A stretch of DNA of 64,000 nucleotides from a virus. The first letter of the stretch is position 1, and the number at the start of each line of letters is the position of its first letter. The notes under the pieces were generated by a model. The model was not told the DNA's origin. It saw only the letters and a program-made list of their open reading frames with translations, and did no database searches. A program made the position numbers and the translations under genes. The stretch is taken from positions 30,384 through 94,383 of IMG/VR virus record IMGVR_UViG_3300037201_000018; one strand, written 5' to 3'. Positions 35,208-44,672 of the stretch are shown in pieces.

Positions 35208-35402
35208 CTAACGAGCTTCTTCAACTACTTCTTTGACTTCGAACGAACAGTCACCGTGACACGGAAGTCCGTCGGTAATCTGGTGTCGCCCAAGAAATAA
35301 CTCCATTTGTCGTTTGACAATTTCAGGAGTCAGATACGAGCGATCTCCAATTTGTACGTCAGACTGAAGAACAACGGTGATCACGAACCGCTGCGGATTC
35401 AT
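35208..35402 (-). CDS. hypothetical protein
   Basis: AAGGA RBS; packed. Confidence 0.4.
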   Translation of the reverse strand: MNPQRFVITVVLQSDVQIGDRSYLTPEIVKRQMELFLGRHQITDGLPCHGDCSFEVKEVVEEAR

Positions 35403-35444
35403 CGGAGATTCCTTCAAAACAGATTGTTGAAAAGTCGGACAGAG

Positions 35445-35630
35445 TCAAATGAGTCGCTCGCCACCCTCGAACGGTTCGGGCTTGGGAGGAGGGGGAACGA
35501 CGTTGACGAGGGGCTGGCGTTTACGACGGGGGAGGGGACGAGAGACGTACTCTCGCTCTCGCAGCTCTCGGGGGATGGGTTGCCAGTTGACTTGGCGGAA
35601 GACGTCGGGAGTCGCCACAACACGTACCAT
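35445..35630 (-). CDS. hypothetical protein
   Basis: AAGGA RBS; first gene of the leftward unit. Confidence 0.4.
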   Translation of the reverse strand: MVRVVATPDVFRQVNWQPIPRELREREYVSRPLPRRKRQPLVNVVPPPPKPEPFEGGERLI

Positions 35631-35800
35631 GACTGATTCCTTGCTCTGGTGGGTGTCGGTTCGCGGCCAGCCGTCCTTCGGCCGACCGTCTAGGCGTGAA
35701 ATATAATAGCTGGTCTCCGAAAAGTAAAGCCGGTAAAGCGAGATTTACTTTTTCGGCTAAAGAGAATATAACTGTAAACGGTTTTGATAGAGGACTCAAA

Positions 35801-36388
35801 ATGCCCGTTCCACCGTTCCCAACCGACAAGAAGAAGCTGGCCGCTCTCGGTGTCAGACAGATCATGAGGTTCTGTAGGATCAACGAGATGCCGTCTCCGG
35901 CCGTGAAGATCATTCCTCGGGAGGATTGGCACGTCAGCACCTGTGCCTACTACCGGAAGGAGACGATCTCCATCTGTCTGGAGGAGTGCCAGTGGCCCTG
36001 CGGTGAAGCGATGTCTCGTAACTGGACGTGGCCCGGCAACACGGTCGATCGGGAACCCTACGGAGTCATCTGCCACGAGCTGGGTCACCACGTCGACTGG
36101 CTGACTGGAAAGGAGAGACACGCTTATTCGAGCGAGTTCAGCGAGGAGCTGATGAAGGAGTCGAGGGAGAAGCCTTTGACGGGATACTGCCCCAACCCGG
36201 CTGAGTGGTTCGCCGAGATGTTCCGGCTGTTCGTCACGAACCACTATTTATTGAAGGCAGTTAGGCCCAAGACCTGGAAGTTGTTCAGATCGAGATGGAA
36301 GCCGGTGAGCGGAGAGGACTGGGAGGCGGAGATGGGAGGTAACGTACCTTCGAGGATCGTTAAAGCGGCACGTAACAAGATATGCTGA
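35801..36388 (+). CDS. zincin-like metallopeptidase
   Basis: HELGHH plus downstream EWFAE.F motif. Confidence 0.7.
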   Translation: MPVPPFPTDKKKLAALGVRQIMRFCRINEMPSPAVKIIPREDWHVSTCAYYRKETISICLEECQWPCGEAMSRNWTWPGNTVDREPYGVICHELGHHVDWLTGKERHAYSSEFSEELMKESREKPLTGYCPNPAEWFAEMFRLFVTNHYLLKAVRPKTWKLFRSRWKPVSGEDWEAEMGGNVPSRIVKAARNKIC

Positions 36389-36394
36389 TGAAAG

Positions 36395-36500
36395 TCTTTT
36401 ATCTCTACTATATACAGTAGTATAATAGTAGTAGAACCTGACCCTCCTGACCTTAACAGGAACTACGTTAGTTTAGTCGTGGGGGTGGGGGAAGTAAAGG
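36395..36500. repeat. intergenic element copy 1 (related to 53859-53975)
   Basis: Shared ATAGTAGTA, CCCTCC, ACTACG..AGTTTAGT and GTGGGGGAAGTAAAG blocks. Confidence 0.6.
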
Positions 36501-36574
36501 GACCTACGAGGAAATCTTTCGAGGAGCTACGAGATGCCCGAGTTAACTGACCCACCGACGGCGGAGGAGCAGCC

Positions 36575-36772
36575 ATGACACCGACTGAGATCAACGCCAT
36601 TCAGTTTCAAGTTGTTAATCATGTTTTCGCAACGTCCGAAGAATTCGGCGTCACACTGAGTGCCGAAGGCACGACCGTTGAACTGGCGCGGGGAAAAATC
36701 GATTTATTTCTCATCGCAATGCAGAAGCGTGGATGGGGTCCGCGGATCGAGCCGCCAAAGGGGCAGACATGA
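36575..36772 (+). CDS. hypothetical protein
   Basis: GGAGGAG RBS. Confidence 0.5.
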   Translation: MTPTEINAIQFQVVNHVFATSEEFGVTLSAEGTTVELARGKIDLFLIAMQKRGWGPRIEPPKGQT

Positions 36773-37164
36773 CACCAGAAGAGTTCAAGCAGGCTCGCGA
36801 GACGATCGCAGAGCCTTTGTGTGGGGAAGAGCGATTAGACGGTGTACGCCAGAAATTGCTACTCGCACTCGCCGAAGCCGAGAAGGTGCCAGTGTTGGAG
36901 GCGACTCTCTCAGCGATAGGTGCCGTCCTCAAAGAATTCAAATCGGAAGAGGACGAGATCAAACGGCTGAAAGATGAGAACCAAGAGTTACGGAAAATAA
37001 TTTTCCATTGTCAGACGTCAATTTGCTTTGAGTGGGGTAGAAGGACTGACACTTCTCGTAAGGCGTTCTTGGAGATGTTGCTTGTTAAGGTAAATCCAAT
37101 TGTTGAAGCTGTAGTCGCCAATACAGTCACGGAGGAACCATGTCCGAAGTCGTCTACTGGCTGA
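36769..37164 (+). CDS. hypothetical coiled-coil protein
   Basis: ATGA overlap. Confidence 0.5.
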   Translation: MTPEEFKQARETIAEPLCGEERLDGVRQKLLLALAEAEKVPVLEATLSAIGAVLKEFKSEEDEIKRLKDENQELRKIIFHCQTSICFEWGRRTDTSRKAFLEMLLVKVNPIVEAVVANTVTEEPCPKSSTG

Positions 37165-37255
37165 GGATCTCGGTCTACGCCGTGGCGTTCGCGATCCTCG
37201 TCTACTACACAGGGGCGAACGTCGTCTGGACCTACAAGCACTGGGGAGACAAAAA

Positions 37256-37444
37256 GTGAGCAAGAAGGGAGTCACCCTGATGTCTGAAGTGTTCAACGTG
37301 CTTCAACAGACTCGGCACGAACTCATGAAAATGGGAACTAAATGGCCAATAAACAAGCAGGACCTACTCCTTGCCCAACTCTGTGAGGACGCCAAGGAGT
37401 CAGTCAAAGGTAAGTTCCTCTCAGCACTTGAGGAGGAGAAGTGA
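37256..37444 (+). CDS. hypothetical protein
   Basis: Packed ORF. Confidence 0.4.
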   Translation: MSKKGVTLMSEVFNVLQQTRHELMKMGTKWPINKQDLLLAQLCEDAKESVKGKFLSALEEEK

Positions 37445-37683
37445 AGAAGCTCAAGATACTCAGTAAGCCGAAAGTCAAGCACCCGTGGGACAGGTGGTTC
37501 AAGCGGCGGAAGTTCAAGCTCTACCGATACAAGGACTTCCTCTGTCAACCGCCGATCATGGCGCAGCAGGTCAGGAACGCGGCGAGTAGTCGAGAGGTCG
37601 GGGTCAGCGTCGACGTCGAAGGTGGTACTGTCCTCGTAACGGTCTGGGGGAGGAAGGATGCCAAGAGCACCAACGAAAACTAA
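37441..37683 (+). CDS. hypothetical basic protein
   Basis: GAGGAG RBS; KHPWDRWF motif. Confidence 0.5.
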   Translation: MKKLKILSKPKVKHPWDRWFKRRKFKLYRYKDFLCQPPIMAQQVRNAASSREVGVSVDVEGGTVLVTVWGRKDAKSTNEN

Positions 37684-38200
37684 CTTAGGTCCGTTTATCG
37701 GGATCGATCCGGGGAAGAGTGGAGGGATATCGACCGTGTTTCAGAATTGTGATCCACTCGTCATTCCGATGCCACTGACTGAGCGAGACATCTGGGACAG
37801 TCTCTCGGGGCATATCCTCGGGACCGTCGCAGTGATCGAGAAGGTTGGTGGATACACTGGGGAAGGTCAGCCCGGATCTCGTATGTTCAATTTTGGCAAG
37901 AACTATGGCAGCCTGTTGATGGCTCTCACAGCGGCTGAGATAAGTTTCGAGGAAGTCGCTCCGCAGAGATGGCAGCAGGCGTTCGCGGTCGCTCCGAGGA
38001 AGTACAAGAAGGTCGGCAAGAAGAAGGTCTGGATTGAGACGAAAAGGCAGTTCAAGGAGCGACTCAGACGCAAAGCACAACAGATCTTTCCGCAGTTACC
38101 GATCTGGAGCGAGCCGAAGTCGAGGGGTCGTCAGTTGGCGATCGCCGACTCATTGTTGATCGCCGAATTCTGTCGTCGCAAACACGAAGGAAAACTGTGA
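37658..38200 (+). CDS. RuvC-like Holliday junction resolvase
   Basis: IGIDPGKSGG, VIEKV, FNFG..YG, V.PQ.WQ and ADSLLIAE motifs. Confidence 0.85.
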   Translation: MPRAPTKTNLGPFIGIDPGKSGGISTVFQNCDPLVIPMPLTERDIWDSLSGHILGTVAVIEKVGGYTGEGQPGSRMFNFGKNYGSLLMALTAAEISFEEVAPQRWQQAFAVAPRKYKKVGKKKVWIETKRQFKERLRRKAQQIFPQLPIWSEPKSRGRQLAIADSLLIAEFCRRKHEGKL

Positions 38201-38640
38201 CTACTAAAATCGTATTGACGGCCGAACGCAGCTGGATCTCGCCGAGAGAACTGGAAATCATTATCAAACAGGGTGTTGAAATCGACGGGATGATACAAGG
38301 TTTAGTCTCAGAGTTCTCGCGGGAGGTCTACAACTTGCGAGATAAGGCGATCCACGCGGGACTCATCGAACTCGGTTGGACGCTGCCAGCGCGGACGTGG
38401 TGTTCAGCGCGTGCTTCGAGTCGTCAGGAAATCTCCACGGAAGATCAAATGACAATCTACGAAGCTGAAGAATACCTGATACGGATACTGATCCCGAATG
38501 CGTGTATGAACAGGACGTCTAACGGGGCTCCTTGGTGCCTTCCCTGTACTCTTCCTAAAAATCACTCGGGTCCGTGCCTGTTCGATTACAAGCTGCTCAG
38601 GGAAGCGAGAGAGAAGCAAGACAGATTGGAAATTAAATGA
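38197..38640 (+). CDS. hypothetical protein
   Basis: Packed ORF. Confidence 0.45.
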   Translation: MTTKIVLTAERSWISPRELEIIIKQGVEIDGMIQGLVSEFSREVYNLRDKAIHAGLIELGWTLPARTWCSARASSRQEISTEDQMTIYEAEEYLIRILIPNACMNRTSNGAPWCLPCTLPKNHSGPCLFDYKLLREAREKQDRLEIK

Positions 38641-39191
38641 CTCTGTATCAGAATCACGTCAGAGATTGGGAGTTGTGTACTCGCTGCGACCTTTGCAAGC
38701 AGCGGAAGCACGTCGTCCTCGCTCGTGGGTCTGTGCCCGCAGATGTGCTCTTCGTTGGAGAAGCTCCTGGGTCGAGCGAGGACGTTCTCAGTCAGCCGTT
38801 CCGAGGGCCTGCTGGAATCCTACTTGATCACATCGTTCAGTCGGCTCTACCCGATCCAGAACCTTCGATCTGCTTCACCAACTTGGTCGCCTGCATTCCG
38901 AAGGGGGAGAGCGGGACCAAGATGGGGGAACCTCTTCCAGTGTCAATCGAAGCCTGCGCCCCTCGTCTCATCGAGTTCATCAAGATCTGCAAGCCTCGTC
39001 TGTTCATCTGCGTCGGAACTCTGGCGACGAAGTGGCTGCCGAAGATCCTCAAGAATGTCGAGTGGTATCGAGATCAGGCGACCGTCTCAATCGTCCACCC
39101 GGCATTCATCAAGAGAGCAGAAGAGTACGCTCAACCACTCATCATCAAGAAGTGCATAATTACTTTGAGTGATTCCTTCGCGGAGTTATGA
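38637..39191 (+). CDS. uracil-DNA glycosylase family 4 (Fe-S)
   Basis: CTRCDLC, FVGEAPG..ED...PF.GPAG..L, TNLVAC.P and HPA motifs. Confidence 0.9.
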   Translation: MTLYQNHVRDWELCTRCDLCKQRKHVVLARGSVPADVLFVGEAPGSSEDVLSQPFRGPAGILLDHIVQSALPDPEPSICFTNLVACIPKGESGTKMGEPLPVSIEACAPRLIEFIKICKPRLFICVGTLATKWLPKILKNVEWYRDQATVSIVHPAFIKRAEEYAQPLIIKKCIITLSDSFAEL

Positions 39192-39343
39192 ATATGGAGA
39201 TACCTCAAATAAAATTCTGCCCGTTCTGCGGCTCTGACAATGTGAAACAAGTTGGTTCGGTTCCTCGTTGTATGAACTGTCGATGCACTTTCTTTGTTCG
39301 GTTCAGTAGATGGGTGCGTCGGTCACCCCGTAAGGTAAAATAG
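39188..39343 (+). CDS. small Zn-ribbon protein (CPFCGS...CMNC), not in ORF track
   Basis: ATGA overlap; two CxxC pairs. Confidence 0.5.
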   Translation: MNMEIPQIKFCPFCGSDNVKQVGSVPRCMNCRCTFFVRFSRWVRRSPRKVK

Positions 39344-39485
39344 GTATGCCGCTTCCACCGAAGAAGAGACCCAGTCGTGAGCAGGACGAACGAAGACGCT
39401 GGGTCTGCGAGGACTGCAAGGCCGTCCATCAGTTTAACTTCAGCGGCGGGTGCCGGAGGTGTGGCGGTAAACTGGAGGAGGTAAA

Positions 39486-39794
39486 ATGAAACTGGAAGAC
39501 ATCTGTAAGTACCTAGAACGACTTGAGGAATCAACTGATGACTCACTGGTGCAGATTGAAATATGCTCGGACTATTCAGGTTGTGTTCGCTTAAGTAATG
39601 ATAGGATATTGAATAGATTTGGTGACTTGAAAGAACTAGAAACTCTGATTCAGGAGCAGACAGATGCCGGTAGCGAACCAAAAGACGAAGCTGGGACAGA
39701 AACTTGCGAAATCTGCGGATGCGAAAATAGGGAACACTACTCGACCTGTACCATCGGCTTCCCCGAGTCCAGTCTGGGCTGGACCGGAGAGTGA
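39486..39794 (+). CDS. hypothetical protein
   Basis: GGAGG RBS; the 3' part overlaps the next gene. Confidence 0.4.
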   Translation: MKLEDICKYLERLEESTDDSLVQIEICSDYSGCVRLSNDRILNRFGDLKELETLIQEQTDAGSEPKDEAGTETCEICGCENREHYSTCTIGFPESSLGWTGE

Positions 39795-40872
39795 CGCAGC
39801 GAATGGGGGATGCACTTTTTCATTATTGAGTCGCTGGCTCGTATGTAGAGAGAGATTCCGGCTGAGAGTCGTCGAGGGACTCAAGCCCGTTGACTCGTTC
39901 AATCACCGGATCGAGTTCGGTTCCTGCTGGCATATTCTGGAAGAGAACTTCGCCAGAACCGGTCAAACAGAGAAAGCGTTCAGTGATCTTCATACCTACG
40001 TCGCTTCTCTCTGTAAGAAGTACCCGCTTCAGCAGGAGCAAATTGTTCATTGGCACGACGTCTGTAAAACGACCTTTCCAATTTATTGTGACTACTGGAA
40101 AAATCATCCGGACGTCAAGGACCGAACACCGCTGCTTCAGGAGCAGGTGTTCAAGGTTCCCTACAAACTACCTTCGGGGAGGGTCGTCTACATCCGAGGG
40201 AAGTGGGACTCGGTCGACCTGATCGGGAAGGGTAAGAACGCGGGGATCTTCCTCCAGGAGAACAAAACCAAAGGAGACATCAAGGAGGAACAGATCGTTC
40301 GCCAGATGTCATTTGATCTTCAGACGATGATCTACCTAATCGCGTTAGAATCTGACAGATCAGACAGTATGGGGCATCTAGCTGCCAATGAAGAAGCAAA
40401 CGGTTTTAATCGTAAAGTACCGATTAAAGGAGTTAGGTATAATGTGATCCGTCGTCCGCTGAGCGGTGGCAAGGGATCGATCGTTCAGCACAAGCCAACG
40501 AAGAGCAACCCCGCAGGAGAGACAAGGGAGGAGTACTACGCTCGTTTAGGTACAATAATTAAGGAGAACTCCGCCGATTTCTTCGCCCGCTGGCAGGTAC
40601 TGATCACACCGCAGGACGTCGAGCGATTCAAGAGGGAGTGCCTCGACCCGATCCTCGAGCAACTCTGTGATTGGTGGAATTTTGTAGCTGGTAACTCACC
40701 CCCATACTGTTTTGATTATACACATACGAAGGGAATCCACTGGCGACACCCGTTCGGCGTGTACAACGTCTTAAACGAAAATGGGAGTAGCGATGTTGAT
40801 CAGTACTTGGAGTCAGGCAGCGAACTTGGTCTCGTGAGAGGGGCCAAGTTGTTCGAGGAGTTGGAGACATGA
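39664..40872 (+). CDS. PD-(D/E)XK exonuclease (RecB/Cas4-like)
   Basis: FS.L..W..C; FGS.WH; RGKWD.VD...ENKT; Q...Y motifs. Confidence 0.8.
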   Translation: MPVANQKTKLGQKLAKSADAKIGNTTRPVPSASPSPVWAGPESDAANGGCTFSLLSRWLVCRERFRLRVVEGLKPVDSFNHRIEFGSCWHILEENFARTGQTEKAFSDLHTYVASLCKKYPLQQEQIVHWHDVCKTTFPIYCDYWKNHPDVKDRTPLLQEQVFKVPYKLPSGRVVYIRGKWDSVDLIGKGKNAGIFLQENKTKGDIKEEQIVRQMSFDLQTMIYLIALESDRSDSMGHLAANEEANGFNRKVPIKGVRYNVIRRPLSGGKGSIVQHKPTKSNPAGETREEYYARLGTIIKENSADFFARWQVLITPQDVERFKRECLDPILEQLCDWWNFVAGNSPPYCFDYTHTKGIHWRHPFGVYNVLNENGSSDVDQYLESGSELGLVRGAKLFEELET

Positions 40873-41810
40873 AACCAGAAAATCTTGGAGAGCTAACATT
40901 GGGGGACTTTGAATTGCTGGGTGAGTTAGCTCAAGACGCGATTGACGAAGTAGACTTACGACCAAGGAGAAAACTGGTGCCTCAAGTACAAAAACAGAGT
41001 AACACGAGACCCAAGAAGAGCGGGAGCGTGCTTGATCGAATCTCTCCAGTCTCGGAGAGTGAGGTTGGCATACGGATGACGATCTACGGACAAACCAAGA
41101 CCGGGAAGACGAGGCTCGCCTGCACGTTCCCCAAGCCGTTACTTCTGATCGGGGCGGAGGACGGGACGAAGTCGGTCAGCAACGTCAAGGGAGTCGACTT
41201 CGTCCGTTTACAGGCGAGTAAGGAGGTGAAGGATCTAATCGACGGGGCGATCACCGACGGCAAGTACAAGACAGTCGTACTGGACACCGCGACGAGCCTT
41301 TACGACATCGTCGTCAAGGAGATCCTGAACCTCGCGGAGCTGCCGTTGAGTCGGTCGTGGGGGATGGCGAAGAGGGACCAGTGGACGCAGGCCGCCAACA
41401 TCATGAAGGAGCGACTATGGAGCTTGCTGCACGTCTCGGAGGTCCAGGGCACGAGTATCCTAATACTCGCACAGGAGAAGAACGCTAACGAGGAGAGCGA
41501 GGGGCAGTCCTCTGAGCTACTGACTCCCAACATTGGGGCGTCGGTCTCCAAGTCAGTGCGGGGCCTGCTCGACATGACGTGCGACTATATCTGCCAGACG
41601 TTCATCCGGGAGCAAACGGTCGAGGAAGTCATCAAGGGAACGAGCACGGTGATGAGCAAACTGACTGGGAAGAAGGAGTATTGCCTCCGCGTTGGTGCTC
41701 ACGCTCTCTACAAAACTGGCTTCAGATTGCCTCCGGGCGGAGACGGGCTTCCGGAGGCTATAATAAATCCTACGTGGACCCAAATCGAGAAGCTAATTCA
41801 AGGAGGTTGA
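40869..41810 (+). CDS. AAA_24 / Sak4-like ATPase (recombinase)
   Basis: IYGQTKTGKTRLA.TFPKPL; VVLDT. Sits between the exonuclease and the SSB-like gene. Confidence 0.8.
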   Translation: MKPENLGELTLGDFELLGELAQDAIDEVDLRPRRKLVPQVQKQSNTRPKKSGSVLDRISPVSESEVGIRMTIYGQTKTGKTRLACTFPKPLLLIGAEDGTKSVSNVKGVDFVRLQASKEVKDLIDGAITDGKYKTVVLDTATSLYDIVVKEILNLAELPLSRSWGMAKRDQWTQAANIMKERLWSLLHVSEVQGTSILILAQEKNANEESEGQSSELLTPNIGASVSKSVRGLLDMTCDYICQTFIREQTVEEVIKGTSTVMSKLTGKKEYCLRVGAHALYKTGFRLPPGGDGLPEAIINPTWTQIEKLIQGG

Positions 41811-41811
41811 C

Positions 41812-42117
41812 GTGCCCAAGGCACCTAAACGACGACAAGAGACGCCGGGATACGATCCCAAGTTCACTGGGAATGGTGAGCACAAGATCCAAAAGAGTCT
41901 GAGGGTTCTTAGCTGGAGATTCGGTGGAGCCCAATATATAACTCTTCACGACGTATTCGTGCCGGACGTCAACCCAGCGCTCGACAAGTACGAGCGAGAC
42001 GTGATTTCAGGTAAAATCGAGTGCCCGTTCAAGGTCGAGCACAAGAACAAAGATGGTAAGATCGTCGCTCAGATGCCATTGAAAGTCTCGACCGCTCGGA
42101 AGTTGTACTTCAAATAA
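41812..42117 (+). CDS. hypothetical protein
   Basis: AGGAGG RBS + GTG. Confidence 0.55.
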   Translation: MPKAPKRRQETPGYDPKFTGNGEHKIQKSLRVLSWRFGGAQYITLHDVFVPDVNPALDKYERDVISGKIECPFKVEHKNKDGKIVAQMPLKVSTARKLYFK

Positions 42118-42131
42118 GCAAGGAGGTTGAC

Positions 42132-42311
42132 GTGCTGGTACTCAGCAGGAAGAAGAACGAGGTGATCAGGATCGACGACAACATCAAAGTGACAGTCGTT
42201 GCCATTCGAGGTGGCAAGGTTCGCTTGGGAATCGAGGCTCCTTCCGAGATCAGAGTTCACAGGGAAGAAGTTTACTTGGCGATCAAAGTTGGGATTGAGA
42301 AGGCGAGTTAG
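42132..42311 (+). CDS. csrA: carbon storage regulator CsrA (59 aa, not in ORF track)
   Basis: MLVLSRKKNEVIRIDDNIKVTVVAIRGGKVRLGIEAPSEIRVHREEVY; AGGAGG RBS. Confidence 0.95.
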   Translation: MLVLSRKKNEVIRIDDNIKVTVVAIRGGKVRLGIEAPSEIRVHREEVYLAIKVGIEKAS

Positions 42312-42352
42312 AGTAGTTTTTGTTTCAGGTTTCCTAATCAAGAGGATGAGTC

Positions 42353-43369
42353 ATGCCAGTCCAGAAGAGCAAGAGTGCGTTGGCAGCGAAGATCGGGGAG
42401 AAGGGAAGGAAGAGCCACGAAGCTCACAAGGCCGAGCCTCCCAAGACCGGTGGGGGCGGTGACCTACCAGGTGGGATCACTGGCGGAGTCGCTCGGTTGA
42501 CGAAGTGCGGGTTCAGCAAGTATGGGACGGGGGACAACAAAGGACAGCCGTTCTTCATGGCGATGGGAGTCGTTGTTGAACCTACCGAGTATGCAGGTAG
42601 GCATACAAAAGTTGGGCCAATCGGTTTGTGCGACACGAAGAACTCTGACGGAAAAGTTACCCCATTCGACGATAACTACGCCAAGATGCTGAACGAGTTT
42701 AAGCTGCTCGGGATCAAGACCGAGACGATTGGCTTCGATGACCTTGAGAACGTCGCTTCAGCGCTGGAGACTGAGGGACCTCACTTCAGGTTTAACACGA
42801 GCGAGGGAAAGCCGACCGAGAAGTATCCCACTCCAAAAGTCTGGGAGAACTGGCGGGGTCGCTGCGAGTACAATGGCGAGGTCCAGAGCGGCGTCGAGGA
42901 CAACTCGGGAGATGGGTCGGTGCCCGTAAAGGAAGAGGACCTTCCATTTGGCGATGGGCTGGATATGCTCGCGCAAGACGCCGAGAAGGGGGACAAGGCC
43001 GCTCAGACGACGATCGGTGAGCGAGCAGAGGCAGCTGGGGTTGCCGAGGAGTCGGGGAAGGCCTCGACCTGGGAGGCTTCGGTCGAGATCATCCGAGAGG
43101 CCGAGAAGAGCGCAGGGAACGGAGAAGCAGCGAGTGAGGATGCCTCCGAAGAGCCGACGAAGCCCGATCCCGTCAAGAAAGAGATGTACTACTACAAGTC
43201 GGCGAGGAACAAGACCGAGACGGCCAAGCAGTACAACTCCCGCAAGGCAGTTGAGGTCGAGGTCCTCTCAGTCGACCAGAAAGCTCGTACCGTCAAGCTG
43301 AGGGATGTCGACACGCAGAAGGAGATCAAGGAAGCGGTCGACTTCGACGACTTGCAGGACGAGGCTTGA
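42353..43369 (+). CDS. putative ssDNA-binding protein with acidic linker and C-terminal SH3-like domain
   Basis: Position after the Sak4-like gene; beta-rich N-terminal domain; acidic region with EDLPF. Confidence 0.5.
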   Translation: MPVQKSKSALAAKIGEKGRKSHEAHKAEPPKTGGGGDLPGGITGGVARLTKCGFSKYGTGDNKGQPFFMAMGVVVEPTEYAGRHTKVGPIGLCDTKNSDGKVTPFDDNYAKMLNEFKLLGIKTETIGFDDLENVASALETEGPHFRFNTSEGKPTEKYPTPKVWENWRGRCEYNGEVQSGVEDNSGDGSVPVKEEDLPFGDGLDMLAQDAEKGDKAAQTTIGERAEAAGVAEESGKASTWEASVEIIREAEKSAGNGEAASEDASEEPTKPDPVKKEMYYYKSARNKTETAKQYNSRKAVEVEVLSVDQKARTVKLRDVDTQKEIKEAVDFDDLQDEA

Positions 43370-43691
43370 ACGAACTTGGTTCCTGGGCGTGATGTAAAGA
43401 ACTCTTCTGCTTCGCCGTAGAGCGTTGCTCCATCCCCCAGGAACCTTTTATTCACATGCTCTGAGTGACTCGGGACGATCTATGACTCGACTTTACACCT
43501 CATCAGGCAGATGTCTTCCGCTGACCTCAAAATGAAGTCCGCAAGTCTGAGATCATCCCAGTTACTTTACTTTGACTGACGGTACTCGAAAGGGCCAAAG
43601 TGACGAGAGGCGAGTAAATACCGCGGATAGGTTTGCTCGTGGGTAAGTCATTCAAATGGGGCCTAAAGCCTCGCCGTTTTACCTTTATTTT

Positions 43692-43921
43692 GGCACTTAC
43701 ATACTTGACTCATCAGCAACGTCATCGCGGAAGGACGCGAAGATAACCTGCATCGGTGGTAGTTGACTCCCTGAGTCGCTGAAAGTGGCAGTGGCAAGAG
43801 ACCGCAGAGGGTAAATCCGGGGACCCACACATACCCCCGGCGAGGCCCCAAGATGAAATATCTGAAAATGGGAGAGCGGGTGTCGAGTCCCGCACGTCGC
43901 TGATGAGTCAAGTATGCAAGT
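43692..43921. mobile_element. MITE-like element / long hairpin bounded by GGCACTTA(C/T)ATACTTGACTCATC-type inverted repeats
   Basis: 43695-43722 vs 43894-43921 are 26/28 complementary. Same motif as the 55642-56026 ends. Confidence 0.6.
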
Positions 43922-43945
43922 CTGAGATATTCCCAGTCACTATCT

Positions 43946-44076
43946 TCCCCCGATAGGCGGTCCGAACACGAATGTGTAGGCTGCAACTATCTTTGACACC
44001 CCTGACAACCTGGACGCTAGCGCGGCGAGTCAGAAAGGACGTCGGTAGGCTGGGGTTCAATTCCCTGGCGGGGGAC
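43946..44076 (+). ncRNA. tRNA-like structured RNA with expanded interior
   Basis: Acceptor-like TCCCCCG/CGGGGGA; T-arm-like CTGGGG-TTCAATT-CCCTGG; no canonical D or anticodon arms. Confidence 0.45.
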
Positions 44077-44154
44077 TTTCATTGATTGTCGCACCGACCG
44101 CTCGTCCAGGGATGGGACGGGTGGAGGTCCTACTTGGACAAGGTCGGTGTTTTT

Positions 44155-44228
44155 AGCCCTGTAGCTCAATTGGTTAGAGCAGCGAACTCATAATTCGTTG
44201 GTTCTTGGTTCAAATCCAAGTGGGGCTA
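44155..44228 (+). tRNA. tRNA with CAT anticodon (probably Ile2; Met not excluded)
   Basis: AGCCCTG/TGGGGCT acceptor; D-arm TAGCTCAATTGGTTAGAGC; anticodon loop CTCATAA; GGTTCAAATCC; no encoded CCA. Confidence 0.9.
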
Positions 44229-44447
44229 CTGACTTCGAGGCGTCACTGAGACGCGACGCTTGGAGAAGGAGTTTACTCAGAACCTTCGCGAACTGGCGTT
44301 TACGAGATTGGTCGTACTCGGAGTCTCTTTCTTTATGCCCCTTCCTCCTCCCAAACCGAAGTCAAACAAGTGCGTTGCCTGTCAGGGAAGCGGCCGGAAC
44401 AGTCGCGGAAATCTCTGTTCTCCCTGCAAGGGAACTGGAGTCAAGCA

Positions 44448-44672
44448 ATGACGGAATCGAAGCGAGTAGGTATCGAGCAGAGTTTGACTGAAGAACTCAG
44501 GCCGATCTTTAATCAACTTTGTGAGGAATACAGATTCATAGCTCACGTTCAAGGTGGGTTTCCTTGGGTCGCATACAAGATACTGGCAGAACTTGTTCGC
44601 GGGGGATGGAGGCATACTGAAGAAGCCGAACCTGGGAGTCTACTCGCTCCGAAAAACGAGAGTGTTAAGTGA
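44448..44672 (+). CDS. hypothetical protein
   Basis: ATGA overlap with a small upstream CxxCxGxG Zn-finger ORF. Confidence 0.45.
   Translation: MTESKRVGIEQSLTEELRPIFNQLCEEYRFIAHVQGGFPWVAYKILAELVRGGWRHTEEAEPGSLLAPKNESVK

Noticed and set aside
39664-40872. Cas4 as part of a CRISPR system
   Set aside because: No cas1, cas2 or array. The context (Sak4-like ATPase, SSB-like) indicates a phage recombination exonuclease.
43692-43921. Retron msr-msd or tmRNA
   Set aside because: There is no reverse transcriptase in the window. It lacks the tmRNA acceptor-end consensus and an obvious tag ORF. Kept only as an unclassified structured element.
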